Shown here one piece after another: positions 48,195-58,513 of a stretch of 64,000 nucleotides of DNA. How positions within the stretch are numbered: position 1 is the first letter of the stretch; every line of letters begins with the position of its first letter. Below the pieces are notes generated by a model, which saw nothing but the letters and a program-made list of their open reading frames with translations, did not search any database and was not told the DNA's origin. The position numbers and the translations under genes were made by a program. Source of the DNA: a virus; IMG/VR virus record IMGVR_UViG_3300020473_000015. One strand, 5' to 3'.

Positions 48195-49505
48195 ATGGCA
48201 AAAAAAACTTATATACTAGATACTAGTGTTTATCTAACAGATGCAAATGCATTAACATCTTTCCAAAACAATGATATTGTTATTCCATTTAAAGTTTTGG
48301 AAGAGGTGGACAATCATAAAAAAAGACAAGACGGCGTTGGAACAAACGCTAGAAGCTTTATACGAAAGCTAGACTCTTTACGCGATAAGGGCTCACTTCA
48401 TACGGGCGTTCGAATAGAGAAGGGCAAGGGAATACTTTTTGTAAAGTCTCCCGAAACGAGCCCATTAGATATGACCGTTGCTGATAATGAAATCATTGTC
48501 ACCGCTCTTGAAGAAAAAAATAATAATCCTAAGAGAAAAGTAATTGTTGTGTCGAGAGACATAAATATGAGAGTTAAATGTGATGCTCTCGGCTTGATGA
48601 CAGAGGATTACATTGTTGGGCAGGTTGTAAAAGATACACAGCAGCTTTATGGTGGATTCAAAACACATTTAGTGGACGATCAAATAATCGATCAATTCTA
48701 CGCCGGAGAAAAAATATATTTAGAAAAAGAAGATATCACACTCTTTCCAAATCATTATATTCTGCTTGTCTCTAGTTCAAATGATAAAAAGACTGCATTA
48801 GCAAGGTTTTATGATTATTCTAAACCTCTTAAAAGAATTAACGGAGAATTTAAAAAAGGAGTTTGGGGAGTTAAGCCAAGAAACAAAGAGCAAAACTTCT
48901 CTTTAGACTTACTAATGGATCCAGATGTACAAATTGTTACATTAGTGGGCAAAGCTGGAAGTGGAAAAACTCTTTTGGCAATTGCCGCAGGATTGGCTCA
49001 AGTGGTTGAAAACGATAAAATAACGCAATACAAGAGGCTCATAGTATCTAGACCAATTCAGCCATTAGGAAAGGACATTGGATATCTTCCAGGTACGATG
49101 GAAGAGAAGATGACACCATGGCTAGCACCAATTCAAGACAACTTACGACACTTAATGGGCAACGACAAAGAAACCCTCAGAATGTATACACAGCAGGGCA
49201 CAATAGAGATCGAAGCACTAACATATATAAGAGGTCGCTCCATATCAAATGCTTTTATTATAATTGATGAGGCTCAGAACTTGACAGCACATGAATTAAA
49301 GACTATAATTACAAGAGTAGGAGAAAACACAAAAGTGGTTTTAACCGGAGATATTGATCAGATCGATAATGTATATGTTGATGAAACATCGAATGGATTA
49401 GCATATGCTGTAGAAAAATTTAAAGTTCATGATGTCTCTGGCCACGTCACTCTAGTAAAAGGCGAGCGATCAAAGGTCGCAACACTAGCAGCAAAAATTC
49501 TTTAA
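48195..49505 (+). CDS. phoH: PIN domain + PhoH-family ATPase (PhoH2/YlaK type)
   Basis: ILDTSV PIN motif; GKAGSGKT, RPIQPLGKDIGYLPG, RGRS, DEAQN, GDIDQID, ERS. Confidence 0.95.
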   Translation: MAKKTYILDTSVYLTDANALTSFQNNDIVIPFKVLEEVDNHKKRQDGVGTNARSFIRKLDSLRDKGSLHTGVRIEKGKGILFVKSPETSPLDMTVADNEIIVTALEEKNNNPKRKVIVVSRDINMRVKCDALGLMTEDYIVGQVVKDTQQLYGGFKTHLVDDQIIDQFYAGEKIYLEKEDITLFPNHYILLVSSSNDKKTALARFYDYSKPLKRINGEFKKGVWGVKPRNKEQNFSLDLLMDPDVQIVTLVGKAGSGKTLLAIAAGLAQVVENDKITQYKRLIVSRPIQPLGKDIGYLPGTMEEKMTPWLAPIQDNLRHLMGNDKETLRMYTQQGTIEIEALTYIRGRSISNAFIIIDEAQNLTAHELKTIITRVGENTKVVLTGDIDQIDNVYVDETSNGLAYAVEKFKVHDVSGHVTLVKGERSKVATLAAKIL

Positions 49506-49512
49506 AAAAATA

Positions 49513-49541
49513 TTGACAAATAAAATATAATAGTATATTAT
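49513..49541 (+). promoter_or_regulatory. Sigma70-type promoter
   Basis: TTGACA-N17-TATTAT before AAAGGAG and ATG 49560. Confidence 0.6.
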
Positions 49542-49559
49542 TGAAAAGGAGAATATAAT

Positions 49560-49964
49560 ATGAGTATTAATTTATTCAAAATTTTAAGCAACGTAAAGGA
49601 GAATGCCACTAGATATTGTCTAGGGTTAATTTTTCTTGTTTTTGGGTTGAACGGGTTTTTTAACTTTTTTTCAACATCAACACCACCGCAAGATGCACAT
49701 GCATTTTTGGGTGGCTTGGCCGCAGCGCCGTATTTCTTTCCCCTTCTGAAAGGCTTAGAGGCGCTCTGCGGCTTAGGTTTATTGTTGGGTCGACATGTCA
49801 AGCTAGCCCTCGTTGCGTTGGCACCAATTGTCGTTAATGTGGTGTTATTTCATGCATTTTTTGATCTAAGTGTTAATTCTGTAGTTGTACCTGCAGTTGT
49901 AGTATTGCTTTATGTACAACTTCTATGGAAGCACAAAGAAGATCTAAAGGTATTGGTGGACTAA
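49560..49964 (+). CDS. DoxX-family membrane protein
   Basis: RYCLGLIFLVFGLNGF...YFFPLLKGLE...LAPIVVN. Confidence 0.85.
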   Translation: MSINLFKILSNVKENATRYCLGLIFLVFGLNGFFNFFSTSTPPQDAHAFLGGLAAAPYFFPLLKGLEALCGLGLLLGRHVKLALVALAPIVVNVVLFHAFFDLSVNSVVVPAVVVLLYVQLLWKHKEDLKVLVD

Positions 49965-49965
49965 T

Positions 49966-50229
49966 ATGGACATTAATGATAATCCCGATCTTCTTAAACC
50001 AGTGGAAAAGTCTAATGAGCTAAAAGAGTGGCTAGTTGATTATGTTGGAAATACAGTTGATCCTGAAAATGGAGAAGTTAACGTAGAAATGATTATAAAA
50101 GTGGTTGCGGAACAGTTTCCAGAATTCCTTTTAGCTGTCGCTGAAGAAAATTTTATTCGAGGCTATCAGCAAGCGATATATGATTTTGATGAAGGAGAAA
50201 AGCTAATGAAAAAGGATGGCATTATTTAG
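49966..50229 (+). CDS. Hypothetical protein
   Basis: EFPEFLLAVAEENFIRGY-type motif. Confidence 0.7.
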   Translation: MDINDNPDLLKPVEKSNELKEWLVDYVGNTVDPENGEVNVEMIIKVVAEQFPEFLLAVAEENFIRGYQQAIYDFDEGEKLMKKDGII

Positions 50230-50922
50230 ATGAGAGATTACATTATTGAAAGTAGTAATCAAGCAAAAAGAAATAGTCGAGAACGACATATTTATGGGGA
50301 TAAGCTGGTCTTCTTAAAGGACCAGCTTCCCTATAATTTTGATCTTCAACATGTTTTAGATACAATTGAGGAGCTTATTCCTAAAAGTTTTTTCGAAAAT
50401 ATCGATGCGATATACGTAGGAAACTTTAGAGATCTAGATAGTGGCGATACACCTTTTAATGCAAAATATAAAGATGGTGCCTTATATATAACAAACAATC
50501 AAGAAAATGAGAATGATATGGTAGATGATATTATTCATGAAGTTGCTCACGCTGTTGAAGAACGTTATAATGAAGCCATCTATTCTGATAATGAATTAAA
50601 AAGAGAATTTCTTTCGAAACGAAAATTTCTTTATGATATTCTAGAACAAGAAGGATATGAACCAGATCCAGCCAAATTTAATGATACTGAATATAATAAA
50701 TATTTTGATTATTATTTATACAACATCGTTGAATATCCGACTTTAGAGAGTTTCATCGTTGGTTTATTTTATTCTCCGTATGCTGTAACAAGCATTAACG
50801 AGTACTTTGCTAATGGTTTTGAGAATTATTTTCTTAGAGATGTGAACTATTTAAAGAGTATAAGTCCTGTATTATATAATAAAATTAATAATATAGTAGA
50901 AGATTTAGAATATGAAAATTAA
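50230..50922 (+). CDS. Zincin-like metallopeptidase domain protein
   Basis: IIHEVAHAVE and distal EYFANGFE. Confidence 0.7.
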   Translation: MRDYIIESSNQAKRNSRERHIYGDKLVFLKDQLPYNFDLQHVLDTIEELIPKSFFENIDAIYVGNFRDLDSGDTPFNAKYKDGALYITNNQENENDMVDDIIHEVAHAVEERYNEAIYSDNELKREFLSKRKFLYDILEQEGYEPDPAKFNDTEYNKYFDYYLYNIVEYPTLESFIVGLFYSPYAVTSINEYFANGFENYFLRDVNYLKSISPVLYNKINNIVEDLEYEN

Positions 50923-50933
50923 GGAGAAACAAA

Positions 50934-51308
50934 GTGCAAATTAAATTTTTAGATGATACAACTGTTACAGTCACAGTAAAACTAGCTTGGGAAGATAAAC
51001 GCCCTGCAAATCCTGTAGTTGTGAGAAAAGAATCTGTTGTTGCTGATTTTTCTGCAGAAAATCCCTTATATATCGTTAAAGATATCAAAGGCCCCAGTAA
51101 AATTTGTAATTTTAGAAGAGAGGAAGATTCTCGCGGGGAGTGGACTTTAAGAGTTGAAAAGAAAAGAAAAACAACAGCTAAGAAAACAACAGCTAAGAAA
51201 ACAACAGCAACAGCTAAGAAAACAACAGCAACGGCTAAGAAAACAACAGCTAAAAAGGCTGCTATAGCTAAACCCGTATCCGCAGAAGCTAACAAGAAAG
51301 AGGTATAG
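50934..51308 (+). CDS. Protein with histone-H1-like K/A/T-rich tail
   Basis: TTAKK / TTATAKK repeats at 51171-51255; AAGGAG SD. Confidence 0.75.
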   Translation: MQIKFLDDTTVTVTVKLAWEDKRPANPVVVRKESVVADFSAENPLYIVKDIKGPSKICNFRREEDSRGEWTLRVEKKRKTTAKKTTAKKTTATAKKTTATAKKTTAKKAAIAKPVSAEANKKEV

Positions 51309-52085
51309 ATGCCACACATTTCCTTTTCAGAATTAAAAATATGGAATGATTGCCCTTGGAAACACAAATTAGTCTATTTGGATAAGATTGCTGGCTTTAA
51401 AGGAAATGAACATACCGCTTTTGGTACTGCAATGCACTCCACGTGTGAACAATTGGTGGAAAATAATATCTCTAATGCAAAGGACTATTTTCAAAAAGAG
51501 TTCCTAAAAGAATTAAAAAATCTACCAGAAGACTTAGAACTAAATAAAAAATTAGTTAGTGATATGCGCACTCAAGGGGTAACGTTGGTTGATCACGTGC
51601 TTCCTGCAATAAAAGAATATTTTGGCAAATATACTCTTGTTTCTGTTGAAGAAAAACTGTTCGAACCAATTGAAGATTTTGAAGGATACAACTTTAAAGG
51701 ATTTGTGGATTTAGTTGTTAAAACTTCGGATGGAAAGAGTCATATTATAGATTGGAAAACCTGTTCTTGGGGATGGGACACCAGAAGAAAATCTGAAAAA
51801 ATGACAACTTACCAATTAACACTCTATAAACACTTCTTTGGATTAAAACACAATATAGATCCTAAAAACCTAGAGACTCATTTTGCGCTTTTGAAAAGAA
51901 CTGCAAAGAAAAATAATGTTGAATTTTTTAGAGTTACAAGTGGAAATAAAAAAACTGAAAATGCACTTAAATTATTGAATAAAGCCCTCTATAATGTAGA
52001 TAATAAGAAGCATATTAAAAATCGCCTTTCTTGCCATGGCAAATTTGGCGCATGCGAATTTTATAATACACAACATTGTAGATAA
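51309..52085 (+). CDS. PD-(D/E)XK exonuclease, Cas4/RecB-like
   Basis: CPW, GTAMH, GFVDLV, IIDWKT, QLTLY, C-terminal C..C..C. Confidence 0.85.
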   Translation: MPHISFSELKIWNDCPWKHKLVYLDKIAGFKGNEHTAFGTAMHSTCEQLVENNISNAKDYFQKEFLKELKNLPEDLELNKKLVSDMRTQGVTLVDHVLPAIKEYFGKYTLVSVEEKLFEPIEDFEGYNFKGFVDLVVKTSDGKSHIIDWKTCSWGWDTRRKSEKMTTYQLTLYKHFFGLKHNIDPKNLETHFALLKRTAKKNNVEFFRVTSGNKKTENALKLLNKALYNVDNKKHIKNRLSCHGKFGACEFYNTQHCR

Positions 52086-52094
52086 GGGGAAACC

Positions 52095-53363
52095 TTGGAA
52101 AATCAAAAGAAGATCAAAGTCCTAACACTTAGTGACATGCCTTTTGCTCCATCCGGAGTGGGAACACAAACAAAATATATGATTGAGGCTATGCTAAAAA
52201 CTGGAAAATATAAATTTTTTAGTTTAGGCGGTGCAATAAAACATGAAAACTACCAGCCAATAAAAACTGAAGAATGGGGTGACGATTGGATCACGATGCC
52301 AGTTAAAGGCTATGGAAATCCTGATTTAATTCGTTCTATTATTAGACAAGAGAAACCTGATATTCTTTGGTTTATGACTGATCCTAGATTTTGGGGATGG
52401 TTGTGGGAAATGGAAAACGAGATTAGACCATTAATACCTATGGTTTACTACCATGTTTGGGATAACAAACCCTATCCCACATATAATAAAAAATGGTATG
52501 ATTCTAATGATTTTATTGCATGCATTTCTAAAGTGACGCATGATGTTGTAAAAAATGTCACTCCAGATGTTAAGTCTATTTATTTACCGCACGCAGTTGA
52601 TTCTAAAGTGTTTACAAAGCATGACGAAGAAGATGTTATAGAGTTTACCAAAAGTTCTTTTGGTGATAAATATGATGAGAATAAATTTATCTTTTTCTGG
52701 AACAATAGGAATGCAAGAAGAAAACAAAGTGGAAGTTTATTGTTTTGGTTTAAGACGTTCTTGGATAAAGTTGGGCACGATAAAGCTACTTTAATAATGC
52801 ATACCGAAGTGCACGACCCTCATGGCCAAGATCTAGAGGCTATAGTCGAGAATTTGGGCTTGACAAACAAAGAAGTGCTTTTTTCACGCACTAAAGTCGA
52901 CCCTACAGTATTATCATTAATGTATAATATGGCAGACTGTACAATTAACATTTCTGATGCTGAAGGTTTTGGATTAGCAACTTTAGAATCTCTATCATGC
53001 GAAACTCCAATTCTTGTAAATATGACCGGTGGCTTACAAGAACAAGTGACAGACGGAAAAGAATGGTTTGGAGTTGGCTTAGAACCAACGTCAAAAGCTA
53101 TTATAGGTTCACAAGAAATTCCATTTATTTATGAAGATCGCTTATCTGAGGAAGCTGTTGTTGGTGCAATGTTAAAAATATATAACATGACAAAAGAAGA
53201 GAGAAAAGAGCTAGGAAGAAAGGGCAGAGAGCATGTCATGAAAAATTATAATTTTGAAAACTTCTGTGAATCATGGGATAAAACACTTACGATGATACAT
53301 GAAGAGATGGGCTCGTGGGGCAACAGGCGAGGATATAAAACTTGGGAGTTGAAGGAATTATAA
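52095..53363 (+). CDS. GT-B (GT4-like) glycosyltransferase
   Basis: SGVGTQ, NNRNARRKQ, EGFGLATLESLSCETP. Confidence 0.9.
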   Translation: MENQKKIKVLTLSDMPFAPSGVGTQTKYMIEAMLKTGKYKFFSLGGAIKHENYQPIKTEEWGDDWITMPVKGYGNPDLIRSIIRQEKPDILWFMTDPRFWGWLWEMENEIRPLIPMVYYHVWDNKPYPTYNKKWYDSNDFIACISKVTHDVVKNVTPDVKSIYLPHAVDSKVFTKHDEEDVIEFTKSSFGDKYDENKFIFFWNNRNARRKQSGSLLFWFKTFLDKVGHDKATLIMHTEVHDPHGQDLEAIVENLGLTNKEVLFSRTKVDPTVLSLMYNMADCTINISDAEGFGLATLESLSCETPILVNMTGGLQEQVTDGKEWFGVGLEPTSKAIIGSQEIPFIYEDRLSEEAVVGAMLKIYNMTKEERKELGRKGREHVMKNYNFENFCESWDKTLTMIHEEMGSWGNRRGYKTWELKEL

Positions 53364-54622
53364 TGAAGAAAAAAGTAATAGTCAGGGGACCAGTTTTAAC
53401 GCGGTCAGGTTATGGCGAACATGCAAGATTTGTTTTGAGATCTTTGAGACAAGTAGAAGATCAGTTAGATATTTATATTCACCCTGTTCCATGGGGAAAA
53501 ACCGGATGGATTTATGAGGACAATGAAGAAAGAAGGTGGTTTGACGATTTAATTAAAAAAACTGCAATCTACCAAAATCAATCTCAAGGAAAACCTCATT
53601 TTGATATGAGCATACAAGTGACAATACCTAATGAGTGGCAAAAGATGGCCCCTGTCAACATTGGCGTAACTGCAGGTATTGAAACTAATAGAGTGGCTCC
53701 TGTGTGGCTTGAGAAGGCCAACATGATGGATAAGGTTATAACTATCTCTGAACACTCAAAATATTCTTTTATGAATACAGTTTATGAAGGAATTGATAAA
53801 CATACAGGCCTAAAAGCAGTACTGAAATGCCGCAAGGAGATTGAAATTGTACATTACCCAGTTAAAAACTTCGAAGAAGTTGATCTAAATTTAAATTTAA
53901 GCACTGATTTTAATTTTTTAGCGGTTGCTCAATGGGGCCCAAGAAAAAATTTAGAGAATACTATTAAATGGTTTGTTGAAGAATTTATCGACAACCCAAA
54001 TGTTGGACTAGTAGTCAAAGCCTTTATGCAAGGCAACTCTATTAGAGATAGGCATGAATTAACAAAAAGATTTACAAATTTTTTAAAGCAGTATGAAAAT
54101 AGAAAATGCAAGATTTATCTTCTCCATGGAGACATGAAAGATCAAGAAATGCACTCTCTTTATAAACACCCCAAGATTAAAGCGCTGGTTTCTTTGACTC
54201 ACGGTGAAGGCTTTGGTTTACCCCTTTTTGAGGCTGCTTATTCTGGACTTCCAGTACTGGCTCCTGAGTGGAGTGGTCACATAGATTTTCTTTGTGCACC
54301 AAAAAAGAATAAAAAAACTGGTAACGAAAAACTTAAGCCTCATTTTGCTAGAATTGACTACGATTTATCTCCTATTCCAGAACATGCAGTTTGGGAGGGA
54401 GTTTTAGAAAAGGGATCTTTATGGTGCTATCCAAAACAAGGTTCATATAAAATGAAGCTTCGAGAGGTTTATAAAGAGTATGGCAGATTTAAGAAGCAAG
54501 CAAAAGACCTACAGAAGTGGGTGGCAGAAAATTTTGAAGAGAAAAAACAATATGAGAAGTTTTTCTCTTTTATAAATCCTGGGGGTGAGAGTGACGTCTC
54601 AAGCGACATTATTATATTATAA
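53363..54622 (+). CDS. GT-B (GT4-like) glycosyltransferase
   Basis: RSGYGEH, GPRKN, GEGFGLPLFEAAYSGLPV; ATG 53363. Confidence 0.9.
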   Translation: MKKKVIVRGPVLTRSGYGEHARFVLRSLRQVEDQLDIYIHPVPWGKTGWIYEDNEERRWFDDLIKKTAIYQNQSQGKPHFDMSIQVTIPNEWQKMAPVNIGVTAGIETNRVAPVWLEKANMMDKVITISEHSKYSFMNTVYEGIDKHTGLKAVLKCRKEIEIVHYPVKNFEEVDLNLNLSTDFNFLAVAQWGPRKNLENTIKWFVEEFIDNPNVGLVVKAFMQGNSIRDRHELTKRFTNFLKQYENRKCKIYLLHGDMKDQEMHSLYKHPKIKALVSLTHGEGFGLPLFEAAYSGLPVLAPEWSGHIDFLCAPKKNKKTGNEKLKPHFARIDYDLSPIPEHAVWEGVLEKGSLWCYPKQGSYKMKLREVYKEYGRFKKQAKDLQKWVAENFEEKKQYEKFFSFINPGGESDVSSDIIIL

Positions 54623-55661
54623 TTGCAACTTGTTTGAAAATGAAGATTTTGTTATAACAAATAAATTTTTTGTCGAACAAGAAGAATTATTATGTAAAAA
54701 TTACACACCAACAGAATCTGTTTTTAAAAAAATATCTGTTAAATATAGCTGTGAATGGATTCAGAGCGACATGTGGGATGTTAATTTATCGGCGGTTTTA
54801 ATACCTATTAAAGATAATAAAGAATTAATAAAATTTACTATTTCCAATTTGAAAGAAAACGATATACATAAAAATTCTAATATTATAATAATTGACGACC
54901 GGTCCGAAGAAAATATTAAATCAATTGCCCTTGAAAATAACTTATCGTATTTAAGAGTTGATAATGACAAAGGATTTAATTTTTCTATGTTAAATAACAT
55001 AGCAGCAAAAATTTGTTATGAACTTGGCGTTAAAGATATTATTCTTTGGAACTCTGATCTGTGGTGTGTTAAGAAAGAATGGTTTTTGTTGCTTTTAGAG
55101 AAGCATAGAAATGAGCACTCCACAATATCTGGATCAAAACTAGTTTACCCTCCTTCTGAAATGTCTTTAAATGAAGAAGAAGATACAGAAAACATCAGAT
55201 CGTTCTTCCCTAACATGATTAATGGCAGATGGAGGGAAACAATACAATTTGGTGGATCTGGGTGGTTCACCATGGAGCCACGCACAAGTCCGGTATCCAT
55301 TTCTCCAATACATTGTTTTAGATTTTGTGATATCACAGACAATAGAGTTAATTGTGATAAAGGAGAAAGTTTTGTGACAGGAGCTTTACAAGTTATAGAT
55401 TTAAAATGGTTTATAGATGCGGGCGGCTTAAATCCAAGTTTATCAAAAAATTTTCAAGACGTTGATATATGCTTAAAGGCCATAAAAAACAATAAGAAGA
55501 TATTTTATTTTGGAAAAAACATGTATTTTTATCACGATGAATCAGCCTCTTTAGCCAAGGGGGGCAAACATGATGATCAGCTTTTTTCTGATCATGTTTT
55601 ATTTGGTAAGATATGGAATAAACATATATACAAATTAGTTTTGGGTATTGATAAATTTTAG
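54585..55661 (+). CDS. GT-A (GT2-like) glycosyltransferase
   Basis: IIIIDDRS, GFNFSMLNN, LWNSD, FQDVDICL, YHDESAS. Confidence 0.8.
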   Translation: MRVTSQATLLYYNCNLFENEDFVITNKFFVEQEELLCKNYTPTESVFKKISVKYSCEWIQSDMWDVNLSAVLIPIKDNKELIKFTISNLKENDIHKNSNIIIIDDRSEENIKSIALENNLSYLRVDNDKGFNFSMLNNIAAKICYELGVKDIILWNSDLWCVKKEWFLLLLEKHRNEHSTISGSKLVYPPSEMSLNEEEDTENIRSFFPNMINGRWRETIQFGGSGWFTMEPRTSPVSISPIHCFRFCDITDNRVNCDKGESFVTGALQVIDLKWFIDAGGLNPSLSKNFQDVDICLKAIKNNKKIFYFGKNMYFYHDESASLAKGGKHDDQLFSDHVLFGKIWNKHIYKLVLGIDKF

Positions 55662-55691
55662 TTTTATAATAAAAAAGAAAAGAAAAAAGTT

Positions 55692-56264
55692 GTGGAATGG
55701 GAATATTGCTGGGATAATTTTTTAATTATGGATTTGTCACATTATAAGCTTTTTAAATTAAATAAATTTTTTGATCATCGTGGTTATTTCTTCGAAAATT
55801 TTTCAAAGAATCTTTACGAAGTCTTTAAAGAGGAGAATATTTCTTTTGTACAAGACAACACCTCCTTCTCCAAAAAAGGAACTATTCGTGGACTACATTA
55901 TCAGTGGGACGACCCAATGGGTAAATTAATTCAAGTACTCAAGGGAGAGATAGTTGATTATATAGTGGACATTAGAGCAAATTCCTCTCAATTTGGCAAA
56001 GTTTATGACTTTAGATTAACAGAAGAAGACGAATATATACTCTGGGTACCTCCTGGCTATGCACACGGTTTTGAGGCAAAAAAAGATTCCATTGTTCAAT
56101 ATAAATGCTCATCTTTCTATAATCCATATGGCGAAGGGGGGATTAACTTCTTTGATAAAGATTTAAACATTTCAAGAAAAGGTGATAAAATAATACCAAT
56201 AATGTCGGAAAAAGATACAAAAGCGCAAACGTTTGCTGAATACAAATCAAATCCGAAGTTTTAA
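55692..56264 (+). CDS. rmlC: dTDP-4-dehydrorhamnose 3,5-epimerase (start may be 55728)
   Basis: DHRGYF, VQDNTS, RGLHYQ, VDIR, WVPPGYAHGF. Confidence 0.92.
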   Translation: MEWEYCWDNFLIMDLSHYKLFKLNKFFDHRGYFFENFSKNLYEVFKEENISFVQDNTSFSKKGTIRGLHYQWDDPMGKLIQVLKGEIVDYIVDIRANSSQFGKVYDFRLTEEDEYILWVPPGYAHGFEAKKDSIVQYKCSSFYNPYGEGGINFFDKDLNISRKGDKIIPIMSEKDTKAQTFAEYKSNPKF

Positions 56265-56284
56265 TTTATCTTATCGAGGTCTTA

Positions 56285-57172
56285 ATGAAAATTCTTGTTA
56301 CAGGTGGTCGCGGCTTTATTGGAAGCCACTTTGTTGAAATGGCTTTAGAAAAAGGTCACACTGTCATAGATTATGACAAAATGGGTTACGCCTCAAATAA
56401 ACATTTACCTTGGGACAATCACGAGAGATATTCTTTTGAAAAAGTTGATATATCAGAAGTGGAGTATATTCCATCCTGTGATATCATTGTAAACTTTGCC
56501 GCAGAAAGTCACGTAGACAATTCTATCAAAAGTTCCGAGGTTTTTGTTAAAAGTAATATTCTTGGGGTTTATAACCTTCTTGAACTTGTTAAAGGTAAAC
56601 CCTCCTATGACCGTCCTTTGTTTTTTCATATTAGTACTGATGAGGTTTATGGAGATACTTTAGATGGCTCTTTCACTGAAAAGGATATTTTAAAGCCATC
56701 AAACCCCTATTCAGCAACAAAAGCCTCTGCAGAGATGTTAGTTTTGTCTTATGCAAGAACTTATGATATCGAATACATGATTACTAGAAGTAGCAACAAC
56801 TATGGTGAAAGGCAATTCGAAGAAAAACTAATTCCCAAATGTATCTCTTCTATCCAAAGTGGCAAATCAATTCCAATTCATGGCGATGGTAGCTATGTTA
56901 GAGATTGGACTTATGTTAGAGATAATGTAAGCGCTATTTTTGCTCTTATTGAAAGTGGATGCAAAAATGATATTTTCAATATTGCAGCGGAAAATCATAT
57001 GACCAACTTACAAGTCGCAGAGCAAGTGATTGATTGGCTTGGTGAAGGTAAATATGAGTTTGTTGAAAATCGTTGGGGCCAAGACCTTCGCTATTCAGTT
57101 TCATCTGCAAAGTTGAGAGAGAAAACAGGATGGAAACCTGTTTATGAGAGCGGCCTACACAAGTGGTTTTAA
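56285..57172 (+). CDS. rmlB: dTDP-glucose 4,6-dehydratase
   Basis: VTGGRGFIG, AAESHVDNSI, STDEVYG, YSATK, NNYG, EKLIP, DLRYS. Confidence 0.93.
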   Translation: MKILVTGGRGFIGSHFVEMALEKGHTVIDYDKMGYASNKHLPWDNHERYSFEKVDISEVEYIPSCDIIVNFAAESHVDNSIKSSEVFVKSNILGVYNLLELVKGKPSYDRPLFFHISTDEVYGDTLDGSFTEKDILKPSNPYSATKASAEMLVLSYARTYDIEYMITRSSNNYGERQFEEKLIPKCISSIQSGKSIPIHGDGSYVRDWTYVRDNVSAIFALIESGCKNDIFNIAAENHMTNLQVAEQVIDWLGEGKYEFVENRWGQDLRYSVSSAKLREKTGWKPVYESGLHKWF

Positions 57173-57864
57173 AAGATAAAAGTTTTTTTATCACTGGCGG
57201 CAGTGGAACTCTTGGCAGGGAATTACAAGAAGTCCTCACAGAAAGAAATCTTCCCTTTAAAGCACCATCTTCAAGAGAGTGTGATATATTAGATAAAGAT
57301 AGGCTTGAATCATTTATCAACAATTTCGAGGAGGTGGTACATTGTGCCGCAGCCACAAATGTCAGAGAAATAGAAAAAAATCCCAACAATGCATATAAAA
57401 CAAATGTAATTGGTACAATAAACGTTATAGAGGTTTGCAAAAAACTCAATAAAAAATTAATTTTTATTTCAACTGATTATGTATTTGATGGCAATAAAGG
57501 CAATTATTCTATTAATGATTTAATAAACCCTTTAAGTAAATACGCCAAAACAAAAGCCGCCGCCGAACTCTTGGTTAGAACTTATGACAACTCTCTCGTC
57601 ATCAGAACTAGTTTTTTTGGACATTATTTTCCATATGAAAAGGCCTTCACTGATCAATGGAGTTCAAAAGATTATGTTGATATAATAGCGCCAAAAATAG
57701 TTGATACTATTATGTTAAATGAACTTGGCATTGCACACGTTGGTTCTCGCAGAAGAAGTATATTTGAAATTGCTAGCGAAAGAAACGAACTTGTTAAACC
57801 GGCTGAGAGAATAGAGGTGAATATTTTAATTCCAAGAGATACAAGTTTAAATTGTAAAAAGTAA
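57163..57864 (+). CDS. rmlD: dTDP-4-dehydrorhamnose reductase
   Basis: TGGSGTLG, HCAAAT, ISTDYVFDG, YAKTK. Confidence 0.88.
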   Translation: MVLKDKSFFITGGSGTLGRELQEVLTERNLPFKAPSSRECDILDKDRLESFINNFEEVVHCAAATNVREIEKNPNNAYKTNVIGTINVIEVCKKLNKKLIFISTDYVFDGNKGNYSINDLINPLSKYAKTKAAAELLVRTYDNSLVIRTSFFGHYFPYEKAFTDQWSSKDYVDIIAPKIVDTIMLNELGIAHVGSRRRSIFEIASERNELVKPAERIEVNILIPRDTSLNCKK

Positions 57865-57868
57865 AACG

Positions 57869-58513
57869 ATGAATATGAAAAAAACAACAATTTTAATACC
57901 CGCTAGAAGAAACTCAAAAGGTCTTCCATTTAAGAATAGAAAACTGTTCCACTTCACTTTGAATTCAATTCCAGAAACTTATCTTGATAATGTTTTAGTA
58001 TCTACTGATGATGAATGGATCATCCAAGAGTGTGAAAATAATAATATAAAATATCACATAAGAAAATCTGAAACCTCTGGTGATCTTGCAAGCACTAAAT
58101 TTGTTATAGAGGAAATGATTGAACAATTGAGAGAAAGAGTAATTATGCTTTATCTGACCTATCCGGAAAGAACTTGGAAAAACGTTTTAGATTGCTTATC
58201 TTTCTATGAAGAGAATAATGGCAGAAGTCTATTGTGCAAAAAACAATTAAAAACATCGCCTTTCCTTATGATGTATGATTATGGGATTAAAGGAAAGCAA
58301 ATAATAGAACACGACCTCTACAGACGCCAGGATTACCCAGAATGCTTTGAAATAAGCCATTTTATTAGCATTTTTAGTAAAAAAGAACTAAAGAATTTGA
58401 ATAATAACTTGTATAATAAAGATACTATTTTTTATTCAATTAACGATGTTGTTGATATTGACCTAATTCAAGATCTAGATGAGTATAATAAAAAAAACAA
58501 AAATAATCGCTGA
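57869..58513 (+). CDS. Acylneuraminate cytidylyltransferase (NeuA/PseF-like)
   Basis: IPARRNSKGLPFKN, VSTDD, RRQD, DID. Confidence 0.8.
   Translation: MNMKKTTILIPARRNSKGLPFKNRKLFHFTLNSIPETYLDNVLVSTDDEWIIQECENNNIKYHIRKSETSGDLASTKFVIEEMIEQLRERVIMLYLTYPERTWKNVLDCLSFYEENNGRSLLCKKQLKTSPFLMMYDYGIKGKQIIEHDLYRRQDYPECFEISHFISIFSKKELKNLNNNLYNKDTIFYSINDVVDIDLIQDLDEYNKKNKNNR

Noticed and set aside
51309-52085. CRISPR cas4 gene
   Set aside because: No other cas genes or array; stand-alone Cas4/RecB-like exonucleases are common in phages.
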